From assembly GCA_030390025.1 (NCBI GenBank), contig CM059449.1, positions 35,898,001-35,962,000 on the forward strand: 64,000 bases of DNA. Reading direction: 5' to 3'. Positions 12,657 through 25,274 of the stretch are shown piece after piece (within the stretch, counting starts at the first letter, position 1; each line of letters opens with the position of its first letter). The DNA comes from Squalus acanthias. Its lineage: Eukaryota. The position numbers and the translations under genes are program-made. Below the pieces are notes generated by a model, which saw nothing but the letters and a program-made list of their open reading frames with translations, was not told the origin of the DNA and ran no database searches.

Positions 12657-13579
12657 CTAGAACAGTAATTGAATCGATCAATAGCTACATAATTATCTCA
12701 TCTATACACCAAATCTCAGAATTTCAGTTATTCTTTAGTTACTCTTTCCATTACTATGTGTAGAAATGGAATTTAGTGTCTAAAACAAGGTTCATCACAC
12801 AGGGACATAGAATTTACAGCACAGAAAGAGAACAATTGGCACCAAAGTTAAACGGCAGCTGTCTGCTGTAATATTCCTGCTATATTAGGTGTTCAGACCT
12901 GCATGAAAAACCCTAACAGTGTCCTAACCAATGTCTTCTGTAAGTCAACATCAATTCCCTGATGTTATACTCAATGACCCATTGAGCAAAATACAGACGA
13001 GGTGAAATTGGTCTTTGCCAGTAGTGCGAAATGGACTCATAGCGAATCAGCATTCGTTTTACACTCCACCCATTGTTCTTCTAATAACTTCAAAGATATA
13101 AAATGGGCTGTCAATTCACCATGGCCCCAATGGAAGGGAAGATTGGGCGGAGTGTGTAATGGGTGGCCGATCCAATATCACTCATTTTACACTGTCACCA
13201 AAAGTTAAAATTACCCCTCACATATGCAACACCACAGGACATTGAGTAGAAAATTTAAAACTCTTACATCTGTGTGTAATTCCTGTCCACAAAAGCATAC
13301 TTCCTGTTGTCATATTTCTATTACATTTGTGTTAACAATTCCGTTTATAAATTCCTATGTCCACCTTTATAAGGAAGCTGCCACCGTCGGCTGGTCATGC
13401 TGTAATTACACCCTCCCACCGGTGGTGGCACTGTCGGACTTAGCTTTGCATTTCCCAGAGAAACTGCGGTGCTCCAACCAATTCTACTTCTCTGCTTCCC
13501 AAATTGAATAAATGTTGGTATTTAACTAAAATCTAGCTATATTATATTAGAAATGTTATGTACTACCTGTCCACACAAC

Positions 13580-14535
13580 CTACTACGTACAGTTTTGGTC
13601 CCCTTATTTAAGGAGGGATATACTTCCATTGGAGGCAGTTCAGAGAAGGTTCACTAGGTTGATTGCTGGGATGGAAGTGTTGTCTTATGAGGAAAGGATG
13701 AGCTGGTTCGGCCTGTACTCATTGGAGATTAGAGGAATGACAGGTGATCTTATTGTTACATATAATATTCTGAGGGGGTTGGACAGGGTTGATGCTGAGA
13801 GGGTGTTTCCCCTCGTCAGGCAATCTAGAACGAGGGACACAGTCTCAGAATAAGGGGTCGCCCATTTAAGACGGAGGTGAGGAGGAATTTCTTCTATCAG
13901 AGTGTCGGGAAGCTTTGCAATTCTTTTCCCCAGAGAGCTGTGGAAGCTGAGTTATTGAACATATTTAAGGCTGAGATAGGCAGATCTTTGAGGAACAGGG
14001 GAATCAAGGGTTAGGGGGAGCAGGCAGCAAAGTGGAGTTGAGGCCAAAATTGGATCAGCCATGATCGCATTAAATGGCAGAGCAGGCTCGAGGGGCCGAA
14101 TGGCCTGCTCCTGCTCTTATCTTATGTTCTTATGTTCTTACTTCCTGTTGTCACATTTTTATCAACTTTGCCCATTATCAATTCCTCTGGATTCGTGTTC
14201 AAAATCATAAAGGCCTTGGATAGAGTGAATAAGGAGTGAGGTCGTTAACAAGAGGACACAGATTTAAGGTAATTGGAAAACGTGCCAGAGGTGATATGAC
14301 GGTTTTGTTTACGTGGTGGGTTGTTGTGATCTGGAATGTATTACCTGAGAGGGTGCTGGAAGCAGATTCAATGGTGACTTTCAAAAGGGAATTGGATAAA
14401 TACTTGAAGGGGAATCGTTGCAGGGCTATGGGGAAAGGGCAGGGGAGTGAGTCTAATTGGATAGCTTTCAAAGACTCGGCACAGGCACGATGGGCCGAAT
14501 GGCCTCTTTCTGTGATGTATTATTCTATGATTCTA
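13580..14535 (+). mobile_element. Two CR1 3' fragments (~13580-14140 and ~14205-14535)
   Basis: EAVQRRFTRLI, TRGHRFKVIG, FKRELDKYL, gggccgaatggcct 3' motif. Confidence 0.85.
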
Positions 14536-15529
14536 TATCTCAACATTTGAAATGGGAGTTGCCGATGAAAAGTCAGCATGTTGCAATTGCACCCTCGCTC
14601 CAATGGTGGCGCTGTAATGCCTCAGTTTTTTGTTACCCAACACTTCAGCCTATACTTCTGGAAAACTCCCGTGTATAAACCAACTCTACTTCTCACCTTC
14701 ACAAATTTCCAGCAATGTTGTTACTTAACTATAAAATAACATGCCAGAATATTAGCCAATGCTGTCACAATACATGCCAGAAATGATATTAAATTGGGGA
14801 CTGCGTTATGTTTGCACAGCATAGGCTAACATTCGCTGTCCTCCAAGCTTGTTACAATGGACTTGACTCCATGAAAGTAATTTTGACTTTGGATGAGTGT
14901 GTAAAATGGGCGATATTGGATCGTCCGCCCATTTTGCACCTCGCCTGATTCTCATGTCCATAGAGGTCAACGGAAGGGAAAATTAGACAGGGAGTATATT
15001 GGGTAGTCAGTTCGATATCGCTCATTTTACACTATTGCCCAAATATAAAATTTACCCCTAATGAATAGAAAACTGCGGGCAGTGCATTATGCTTTTCTGA
15101 TAAGCAACCTGCGGGATATAAGATGGCATTGAAGCCTCAAACTTACACATCTACATTAAATATCAAATATGTGCTCACTAATATCACTGAGCAAATGCAA
15201 TGATATGAATAATAATCCTTCAATTTAATATTGCCAATATAATTCAATAAACACAATATTGCCAATATGATTCAATACATGTGTTATTTCCAATGTCATT
15301 CAATAAATCTATTACGAATATTATTCATTAAAAGTAATATGACCATGCATGGAGGGGTTAATTTTAAATTGTGGTCATAGTGTAAAGCGGAAAATATCGG
15401 GTCAGTGGCTTGTTATAAACCTCGCGCAATTGAAAGGGAATCCGAGCGAGGTGTAGAACGGGCGGTCGGTCCAATATTGGCCACTTTACTTATTTGCTGA
15501 AGAGTTAAAAATTACCCCATAAACATAAT

Positions 15530-16276
15530 GGGCCAGAAATTCGGCTCTTCGGCTTCCCGCGGGTGCAAGAATCGTGCGCGTACTTACATACCGCGCCTGC
15601 CGTTGTGCTTCGGGCCCACGTGGAATTCGGCTGCTGGGCCTCCTGCAGCTGCCGGCGTGCAGTGTTCGTGTATCCCAGGGGCGTAGTTTGTTCGAAGCGT
15701 CCCCTGGGATCACGTGGGCCATGGAGAGCCAATCGGAGCAGGGAATCTTCATTCATAGATTTGACAGGAAGACCTGTCAAATCTATGAATAGAGATCGGC
15801 CCCAAAACCTCACTAAAACTTCAAATAATTTTTAAAAAAGCATCACATTTTTAAAATAACTATATATTACATAAATTAACTACTTTAAACAAAAATTTAA
15901 ATTTTTGAAAAAATTAATTACACTTTTTAACTGTGCTAAAAATAAACTTACCTTTCTTTAAAGTATGTAAAAAAGATAAAGCTGTTGAATTTTTTTTAAA
16001 TTGTACTTAATTCACCACTTACCTTGATAAAAGCAGGCCTTGCACCTCCTTTTTCCCCACGCAGCTTCTCCGTACTAACCCTCATGGAGAAACCTGAAAA
16101 AAAACTGAAGTTCGAGGTCTAAGCACTGCCTCTCCAGCGCACGCGTTCGACCTCTGAACCCCTTCCTTCAGGGGAACGGAAGTTCCGGTTTCCAGCGCAT
16201 GTGCAGTGCATGCGCAAAACCGGCACTTTCGCTCGGTCTGTGGGTGAGTACCCGTGGAGACCCGAATTTCTGGCCC
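15530..16276 (-). mobile_element. ~750-bp MITE, copy B (reverse orientation, in the MHC alpha1-alpha2 intron)
   Basis: Perfect 15-bp TIRs gggccagaaattcgg / ccgaatttctggccc flanked by AAT/ATT. Confidence 0.85.
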
Positions 16277-16328
16277 ATTATGATTAGTTACATGTAAACC
16301 ACCAGCAAAACAATTAAATAAACATAAT

Positions 16329-17089
16329 GGCCCGAAAATTAGACCTAATACGTGAGAGTACGCATTGTGTACTCTCGCGTATTAGATCCCGAATTGCTGG
16401 TTTCCTGCATGCACTGCGCATGTGCGGGAAACCGGCACTTCGTGAATTGAAAAGGGGGCGGTTCCTAAGTGAACTGCGTGCGCGCTACAGGCTGTGCGCA
16501 CGCAGTGCACTTAGTTTTTTTTCAGCTTTGAATGCGCAGGTAAGTGGTGAAGATTTTACACACATAGAAAGCAGGCGTAGGACCCCCTTTTAACAAGGTA
16601 AGTAGTTAATTAAGTGTTATTTTAATTTTTTTTCAACAGGTTTATCTTTTTTAGAGACTTTAAAGAAAGGTAAGTTTATTTTTATAACTTCTAAAAAGAT
16701 TTTAAATGTTTTCAAAAATTTAATTTTTTGTTTAAAGTGGTTAATTTATTTAACTATACTTATTTTATTAATGTGATGGCTTTTTTTAATTTAATTGAGG
16801 TTTAGCTGTTCTTTTGGGGGTGTGGAGTATTCATAGCTTTGACAGGTCTTCCTGTCAAAACTATGAATGAAAGATGGTGTGCTGCCATTGGCTCTAACTG
16901 AATCACGTGATCCCAGAGCTCGCAAGAACTAATTGCGTCTCTGGGTCACGCAAGCACTGCACGGTTCCAACAGAGAGAGCCTTTGAAACTAAAGTTCGTG
17001 TGGGCCCGGAGCAAAAAGGTAGGCGCGGAGTGCGATATCGCGGGGAATCCTTACCCCCGCGGGAACCATCCATGTTTAATTTCTGGGCC
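16329..17089 (+). mobile_element. ~760-bp MITE, copy C
   Basis: ggcccgaaaatt..aatttctgggcc termini, TSD AAT/AAT, same internal hairpins as copy A. Confidence 0.85.
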
Positions 17090-17239
17090 AATATTACAAA
17101 TATCATGAATTAAATGTAATAATACAAATGCCATTCAATAAACACTGGTGGTGGTGGGGAGGGGTGCATTTTTATCTGTTGGACCAGGTAAAATTTGTTC
17201 AATGCTGAATCGGCCGCCCACTTTACACCATGTCCGAGC

Positions 17240-17690
17240 CTGGAGGAGTCCGTGTTCCATGTATGTATCGAATGTGAGAGGTTGCAGCCCCTCTTCCATT
17301 ATTTGAAGCGCCTGCTCCTCGATTTTTCGCTGCACTGCAGGCCCACGCTCCTGATCTTTGGTCACTCCGTGCGGAGGGGAACGGGCAGATCGGGGGGCCT
17401 CCTTGTAGGGACTGGCCAAAGTGGCCATCAACTGGTCCAGGCAGCAGGCGATCGAGGGGATCGTTCGGACCAACTGCCTGCCTCTCTTCTGCGGCCACGT
17501 TCACGCCCGGGTGGCCCTGGAGATGGAGCACCCGGTGTCCGCCGGCATGCTCAAGGCCTTCCGCGACCGATGGGCATCGCAGAGACTGGAGTGCATCATC
17601 ATCCCCGTAACCAAATTTTAATTTACGATGTTAAGTTTGCTTTAATGGTTATTTTTAGTTACAGTTTATTTGTTTATAATGTGCACCTAA
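17240..17690 (+). mobile_element. 5'-truncated Tx1-clade fragment (ORF2 C-terminus and 3' UTR)
   Basis: LEESVFHVCIECERLQPLFHYLK and AINWSRQQAIEG..HVHARVALEMEH match the end of the ORF2 at 53466-57365; 3' UTR differs. Confidence 0.9.
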
Positions 17691-18269
17691 AGAATTCAAC
17701 ATGTCCGATTTTCAGAAAATCGATTAAGCTGTAAAACAACAGCTGATTCACAGGCGCCCATATTTTGCCCGTTTTAAACCACATCTCATTTTCTTTATCG
17801 ATCGCGGTGTAAAACAACAGCTGATTCACAGGCGCCCGGATTTTACATGTGATGAAAGTGAAATTCAACTTTAGCAGGGTTGCTGAACGGGTGGGAGCGG
17901 AAAAGCCGCCTGTTATAGATCCGGCCCATTTTACTGTGAAGGGAATGGGAAGGAAAATCAATCAGCATGTATAAAGGGTGGCCTCGCTGCTACTGCCCAT
18001 TTTACACACACCAATACTGAATTTCGCCCCCTGTATGACCAATTTCATTCATTGGGGTTAATGTTACCTTCCAGAGATGGTGTAAAATGGCTGATATCCA
18101 ATTAGTTGTCCATTATACACCTCGCCTAATGTTCCCTTCCACTGAAGTCAATGGAAGGGAAAATCAGGCGGGTGTATATCAGGCGGTTCGATATCACTCA
18201 TGTTACACTATCCTCCAAGTTTAAATGACCCCTGTCGTTCGCTGCATTCATTCAAACGAATACACTCAC

Positions 18270-18529
18270 TTGATGTTTGGTTGTTCTGCTGCAACCATCT
18301 ATCAACCTGTCCGTGATGAGTCCGTGGAAACCAGCTTGAGTGCTTGTGTATCCGTCCCAGTAACTCTTGTCAAATGCTTCCGCCATCCATTGCTGTCTTG
18401 GAACAGTTATCTTCATATTTTTGTCGTAATAGCTAATCTCACAGCCATCCAATCGTCCCAGGAAACTATACTCCGGCAGATCAGCAATCCCATGGTTCAG
18501 GGTGTAGTAATATAGCAGGGAGTGAGACT
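18270..18529 (-). CDS. MHC class I-like gene, alpha1 exon (260 nt; apparent 1-nt deletion near 18312)
   Basis: Acceptor atcctag|ag tct cac; ESHSLLYYYT..LPEYSFLGRLDGCEISYYD..PRQQWM..SYWD. The 3' end reads QVDRWLQQNNQTS (N86 sequon, phase-1 donor a|gtgagt) only in the shifted frame. Confidence 0.9.
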
Positions 18530-20004
18530 CTAGGATATAATACAAAACAACATCATTGGCATATCAAATATCAGAAATGTCCGTTTGCAAAACAACTTCG
18601 GAAAAATAATTTATTCCGAAAAATGAGAGATCACTGGATATTTTGCCATCGCTCCCGTATTAAACCATTGCAGAGAAGACAAAATGAGCCTTAATATTTA
18701 ATGTTATCCATTTACAAGAATATTCCCATTTTCCAAATAAATGAAAAATGTGATGGTTCGAATAAATTACATCAGCTCATCTCATTTGTAAATCGTAACT
18801 TTAAGATTTTAGTCCCACGTCTGACCTGGGGATTCTTTGGTGAATTAGTGAGGAAGTGCATCCAGAATTATGGTACTAAGCCGTGCAGAATCCACCCCTG
18901 GTGCGTGCGCAGTGATCTACTCCCAGCCCGCTGCTTGTAGCGACATTAAAATTGGCCTCAGATTTACTGAGCGAAAGAGGGGGAAAAGCAGCTTGAATAT
19001 ATGCAAATTGCGGTTAAAGGAGGTTATCAGGGCCCTCAGCAATATTTCCCTCTCTGCCCACATTGTTACCGCTAGTTCCTGATCCTGCCGACACACTGGA
19101 ACCACTCGGGAGGCAGATATTACAGGGATCCTCAGTTGGTCTGAAATAAAATGCTGGAATATTTAGGAGACATTTTACTTCTATTTTGTTGTAGGATTTC
19201 ACTACTTAATCTATTTAAATTTCTTGTACTGGCTGCTGAATATTTTGAACTGTTAATGGACTTCTCGTAATTTCACTCTGGAATGTAGTGAGTGTCAGTT
19301 GTGATTGGAGGAGAGCCATGGGAAGTCTGAAGGGAAGGATTAGTAGAGCAGCGGCTAACTTCAGGCGGTGCGAGGCTGTGCAGATAGTAAGAGAGACGTG
19401 AAGCCGAGTCTGACCTTGTCAGTCCTGGTGAGGTCATTACGTTTCCTCCTGCAATGCAGCTAGATCCTTGGGAAAATGGAATATAAATTTGTCTTGGGTG
19501 GCAGCGCGGAATGGGCGACAGCGAATCAGCAGCCAGCTTTGCCCGCGGCCTGAATTTCTACTCGATTGAAGTCTTTGGAAAAGAAAATTGGACGATAGCC
19601 AAAACAGGCTGTCGATCTCCATCAGCCGCTGTCGGTTACCATGCACTTTATACCCAATGTTGCTGCAATTAACTTGCTCATCCACCTCTCGCCATTACAG
19701 CTGACTAATTTGACGGGCCTATCATTACCTATTAGAGGAGTCGAGGTCCTCAGTACCAGTGCTAACTTGCTCTTCAAGCGCCTCCACCGTTGCCCAGAGA
19801 ATCGGAGGACACCTGACCATGTCATGAAAGCTGCTGCTCCAGTAAGTCGCTCTCCATTAACTACCCTTGAAAAGTGCATCGTCCCTTTAAGGGACTGCAG
19901 GCAGCCTTTAAAGCAAAAGGTCTTGGCGCTCATTTCATGTAAATGAAGCCGGATCATGAAATTATACTGTCCCCACCAACTTAATCTATCAGACAGGCGG
20001 AGCA

Positions 20005-20220
20005 TAGGTTTACCAACCCTCCAGAACTATCCCGGAGTCTCCAGGAATTAAAAATTAATCTCCTGGACACCGCTGCAAGAAACTAGAGAGAAAGATAACA
20101 ACAACAGCACAACAATCACAATTACAATAATATTAGAGCTGGGGACAGAAGGCGGGTTGACTGGGCTGGAGGTCATGTGATGAAAGCTCCTGGAATGAGT
20201 CCAACCAACGTTGCCAACAC
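20005..20220. mobile_element. Possible short non-autonomous DNA transposon (TAGGGTTGCCAAC-type end)
   Basis: Left end taggtttaccaaccctccag; degenerate gttgccaac near the right end. Confidence 0.4.
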
Positions 20221-20389
20221 GTCGGCCTGAATCACCGCACAAATTCCCATCTATGATTGAGGGACATTACTTCAGTCCTGCAGTAACTCTCTGGCGTGTT
20301 TCTTAATCGTCCAACGCCACACGAGGCCCTATCGTCACCTCACCATTTCAACCAACACAGGAGCTCCCCCAGGGCATCCGCAAGGTCCG

Positions 20390-20605
20390 AGGCAGTTAGT
20401 GTAACCCGGACTAAACACGGGGGCAGTCAGTGTAACCCGGACTAAACAAGAGGGCAGTCAGTGTAACCCGGACTAAACATCGGGGCAGTCATTGTATCCC
20501 GGACGAAACACGGGGCAGTCAGTGTAACCCGGACTAATTACGGAACAGGCAGTATAACCCGGACTAAACACGGGGGCAGTCGGTGTATCCCGGACTAAAC
20601 CCGGG
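20390..20605. repeat. Minisatellite, ~30-bp unit ggcagtcagtgtaacccggactaaacacgg, ~7 copies
   Basis: Direct tandem units visible. Confidence 0.95.
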
Positions 20606-20679
20606 TCAAATACTTTGTTCATGATGGCGGTCTAGTGCAATAATGAATATAGCCGCACAACTCCTGTCATTTGACTTAC

Positions 20680-20731
20680 CAGGAACCACCCTTTGAAAAA
20701 AGTAAAGGCTCACTAAAGCAAAGAGGAACAT
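20680..20731 (-). CDS. MHC class I-like gene, proximal signal-peptide exon (L2)
   Basis: 52 nt, ATG..MFLFALVSLYFFQRVVP+g|gtaagt; the phase-1 donor fits the alpha1 acceptor. Confidence 0.7.
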
Positions 20732-22941
20732 GTTTCAGGGAGTCACTCAGTGAAAACCCTGTACAGCGAGACGGGAAAGTTATGTCGTTGCCCGAACCTC
20801 TCCCACATTATTCTACTTATCTCGTTTAGTGAAACTCATTCTATCCAATGGGAATGAACTCACCTCCCGTCACTGGGGAGGGAATCTCTGGCTCTATTCC
20901 CAACATTAGGAACTGCGGGCAGAATTGGATTAGAAAATAACACACTGGTCAATGGCAAAGACTTGAAACTGGAGGAAGACTGGGACACAAATTGAAGGCA
21001 TCGGCGATAATATTACCCACTGAACCTGATCGTTAGCGATTATAGAGCTGGCTGTTAAAAGCAGCAGCAATCTCCAATCCTGTGTTTGCACCTTATCAGA
21101 AGAGGTGCAAACCTCACTGGCAAATACAGCCTCGCCTTGTTAAGGTCAATGAAAGGCCAATCACAGGCTGGTCACTTTCAGTGTTTCTGCTGGGTGATAG
21201 AAAGTTTACAAGCTACACAATCTGAAAATTCAACACTCCTCCGTTTCAGTGGCGGTGTAAATATATCTGCTTTGAACAGATTGAGGCTCTGCTAAAATAG
21301 TGGAAAGAGGAATTTCAGACCAAGATACAAATACACTTGTTCATTGAGCCTTATTACTCGCTGTACCGCCATACATGTTCTGCCTAAAATTACTGTTGGC
21401 AATATTACTGAGACATGTTACTGTCCATTGCTGTAACACAGGTGATATCACACTTGTTTTAAGCAGGCTACACCATTAAAATAACAGGCAAAGTAATGTT
21501 ACACCAATATGGTAAGCGTTTCACCTCTAATATCACCAACATTAATTTAGGAACAGGAGGAGGCCATTCATCCCCTCGAGACTTTTACTGCCATTCAATT
21601 AGGTCATGGCTGATCTGTATTTTAACTCCATCCAATCATGGAATAATATAGCACAGAAGGAGGCCATTCGGCCCATTGTGCCTGTGTCGGCTCTTTGGTA
21701 TAACGAGCCAATCAGTCCCACTCACCTGTTCTTTCTCCATAGCCCTGTATTTTTGTTTTCCCTTTAATTATTTGTCCAATTCCATTTTCAAAGTTTCTGT
21801 TAAATCGGCTTCCACCTGATGTCCTGAGGTGGTGAAAGGCGCTGTAGAAAGGCAAGTCTTTCTTTCTCTCTTTCTTCCACAGCGAGCTGTAACAGGTGCC
21901 GAAAGCTGCCTCTGATGTTCACCCCGAACAGCTCCAGGCTGTGAGCAGCAGGCACTGATCAATTCCAACAGTCAGTGGGCTCGATCTTGACTTTGTGCGA
22001 TAGTAAAACGGGCGATAGCCAGTCGGCAGCTCCTTTTACAGCTCTCCAGATTGTTACTGCCATTGAACTCAATAGAAGGGGGGAAACGGAGAGAAAGATG
22101 GAAAACTGGCGGCCGACTCGCTCTCGCCCTCGTTACACCATCGCACAGAGTCAACATGAGCCCGAATGGAACCGCACATGGTGGGAATCCGCTACAAACT
22201 GCAAATGTTGCAAATATGCAGCAGGTCAGTGTGAAAGAGACAGAGAGGTTAACTCTGGGAGCTCAATCTTCACCCGAACCTGCACGGAACGCCTCAAAGC
22301 TTCATTCTAAAGCGAGTCGGAAAGTGTAAAAGAGGTTCCCGGGTCGCTGGAACCCGTTTCCCCCTGTGATAAAAGTGAACCCCTCCCTCTGTATTTTTAA
22401 TGATTTGTCCGATTTATTGGGAGTTTTAAAAGGTTTTCCAAGTTCCCAGGAGGTAGAAAGAAGCTTTTAAAATGCAGCTTCCCGCCGGCTGCAGTTACAC
22501 TGAAACAGGTGTGAACCCGAACCGACTGAGCCGCTTTCCTGCAGGAGTCTCGCCGCTGGGCTCTGGGTCACTCAGGGGGTCAGGTCGGGACTGGGCTCGC
22601 AGTTATACTGACACTTCCGTACCCGCAAGCCGCTTAGCGGGAACAAACTGTCCGTCCCCCTCCTGCTTATCAGAGCGAACATACAAGCTGTCACAGTAAC
22701 TGAGCGGTAATGTCAGGCTGTCCGGACAGTAATGGACATCATCTAATCCAAGCAGAGGGAGAAGCGAGCCTGAGAAGCAAGATGGAGATGCCAATCCCGC
22801 TTCATCGCTTCACTTCCGCACACACTGACTAGTTTCCCTGTGTGAAACACCTGATGTGACCGACAGGCCTGCCGGTTACAGTCTAAGATCAGAGGGTGAG
22901 CCTGGAGACATTCAAGGATGCATCCCGAACCGGCTACTCAC

Positions 22942-22993
22942 CAGACAGGGCCGCTTGTAGGCGGAAGAAACTCAGTACAAGTGACAGAAACAT
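22942..22993 (-). CDS. MHC class I-like gene, distal signal-peptide exon (L1)
   Basis: 52 nt, ggcATG..MFLSLVLSFFRLQAALS+g|gtgagt, phase 1, in a CpG-richer region. Confidence 0.75.
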
Positions 22994-23104
22994 GCCGTCC
23001 CTTCCGTCCGCCAACCTGCTGTCTCTCCCAGTGACAGAACAAGATTGAGCGATTTGAATGGAACCGAGCCCAGCTTCACTCACAAGTGGGCAGTGCGGGA
23101 GCTC

Positions 23105-23185
23105 ACCATCCAATCGCAGTAAAGATCCGTCACTGATTGTCCAGGGCTGTCCCTGAACCGTGAGCAGCACCGAAACTGACTCACA
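23105..23185 (-). promoter_or_regulatory. Putative MHC-type promoter module: AP-1/IRF half-site, X1-X2-like box, Y box (inverted CCAAT)
   Basis: Minus strand reads tgagtcagtttcgg ... ccctggacaatcagtgacgg ... gcgattgg, 110-190 bp upstream of the L1 ATG, in the ISRE-X-Y order of class I promoters. Confidence 0.5.
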
Positions 23186-25274
23186 GTCCAAGGCCTGCGC
23201 CATGTGGCCATGGACAATACACGGCGGGCGGTTAGAAATATGTTTAAAACAGCGCTCCGGGGGTTAAGTTGTATAATTGATAACAATTAATATATTGTCT
23301 GAATCTAGCGGGAAACGCCCTCGTTGCCGCAGAGAGTCGAGTGATAAACTATTCAGCTTGTTGAACCTCAATACAGTGAACCACCGAAGTTCATATCACG
23401 GCAATTAAACCCTTCCTGACCCCGTGGGGCTATTTTAACCTAACCCGCCCGGCCGAACAACTGCCGGCATCGGGGGCAACACTGGTTTTACCCCGCGCCC
23501 AATTTTATTCTCCATTGAAATCAGTGGAGAGTAATATTGTGCGGGAGCGGGAAAGCAGCGTTCCACCCGCCCCGTGGGATCCCGCCCAGCCACTAAGGTT
23601 CAAATTGCCCCAAACTGCGGCTGTCATTGCAGCAGCGGCGTGTGGGCTAATATTTCATTTTTTTTTCATTCCGGCTTACTTTACACTTGAACTGACATTA
23701 CTTTGTGCTTCTGAGCTGTCAAACCAAACTGTAAAATATAAAGTCAAAGTACTGAGTAAAAATAAGGACCGAATGTCCTGACTTTCAAATGGGAACTGAA
23801 TTATTCTAGGAAAAACACCCAATGCTCCACCCATCTCAATTATTACAATTCCTAAATTACCCTAAATCTTCTTATGTAACTATGAGTTATATAAAACCAA
23901 AGGTTTCTATCAGTAAGGAGAGAAGGCAGGAATTATAGATAGATGGAGATGAATGATGTCTGGGCGCCTTGGTCCAGTTTTCCCCAAGCCTCGAACCCAC
24001 CTCACTGGAATAATACACTCGGTGCTAGATGTTCAATAGAAGGGAATTCAGGCGGGTTCTGCAAATGGTGTGGGAGCCTCTCCATCTGGTTTTACTCTGT
24101 GCTCCGCCAGGCGAGGCTTAATATCCAGGCGGTAAAGATGGGAATCTGCCCCATGGTCATCACCTTGTGAGCAATGTCAACAGCGACATCAGAAGCACTG
24201 GTTTCTTGGTTGCATTTTCACGGTTTGGAAACAGAACTCTAACCTTGATGAGTGTTTAGTGAAACAAGTTGCAACAGTTTGTTGTGAATACGCACAATAT
24301 TCCATCAAGGTGGGCAATTAAAAAATGTTGCTTTGTTGGTGTTTCCCGTCTCCAACAAAGAGTCGATGTGTCCCTCTGATCTGTGTTGACGTTGTTATTT
24401 TATCCAAGGCTGCGACCTGGTGGGATGTGGGATTAGAATTAGCCTCCCTGTTATGGGCTGGCAGATCCCAGGTACACATTGTTGTTCGACATTGAGTGAC
24501 CTCCCGCTAGAAGATCCTTGTGCACCTATGTTGGATCGGTCTGTGCTGCGCTGCACTGCCCCTCACAGTGGAATATCCTGCTTACTCTCATTCTATGGGC
24601 TCGCACCTGAAAGGTGATCTCATCAGAGAAATGGGAGAGGTCGCAGGCACCCGCAGAACTCTGTCTCAGCATCAGGTACCGCCTCCTCTACAGGAGGGCG
24701 AGGTCACAGAATGAGAGGGAAATTCAGAGAGAAAGTGTAAAAACCAAACCAGGGAAAGACGTCTGATTACATTTCTCCCAGCAATTGTTTAAGTCTTTTT
24801 AAACTAGACTGTCCCACTAACTTGTCTAACTTTCCCATGTTTCCACTTTCCCAAAGACTCTCATGTTCCCGTGGGTGAAATTGGCATTTTATCCATTTAC
24901 TAGTCTCTACATTAAGACATCAGCATTTTACAATATTATTTTTAAAATGCGAGCACTGGGTTTTGTGACACCTGCGGGCCCCTAGAATGATTCACGCCTG
25001 GAGTCTCTTCCTCTTGTAGTTTCACTTCCTCTGAAAGAATTAGCATTGCATTTGAAGAATTATTCAATTCAAGATTCTGTAGAACTTCCAAGTTCCCTGA
25101 GAGCACAACAATCGTTTCATGATCACTTTAAACTGTAAACGTATTTCTTTATTTTTCTGTTATTGTATGTTCGTACAGAACCAGATTTGATATCAGAGAG
25201 AATCCAATTGCTCCTCCGATACCTACTGCTCTACCGTGACTCCACCAAGCTTCTGCATTGTTGTTTGAGCCGAT

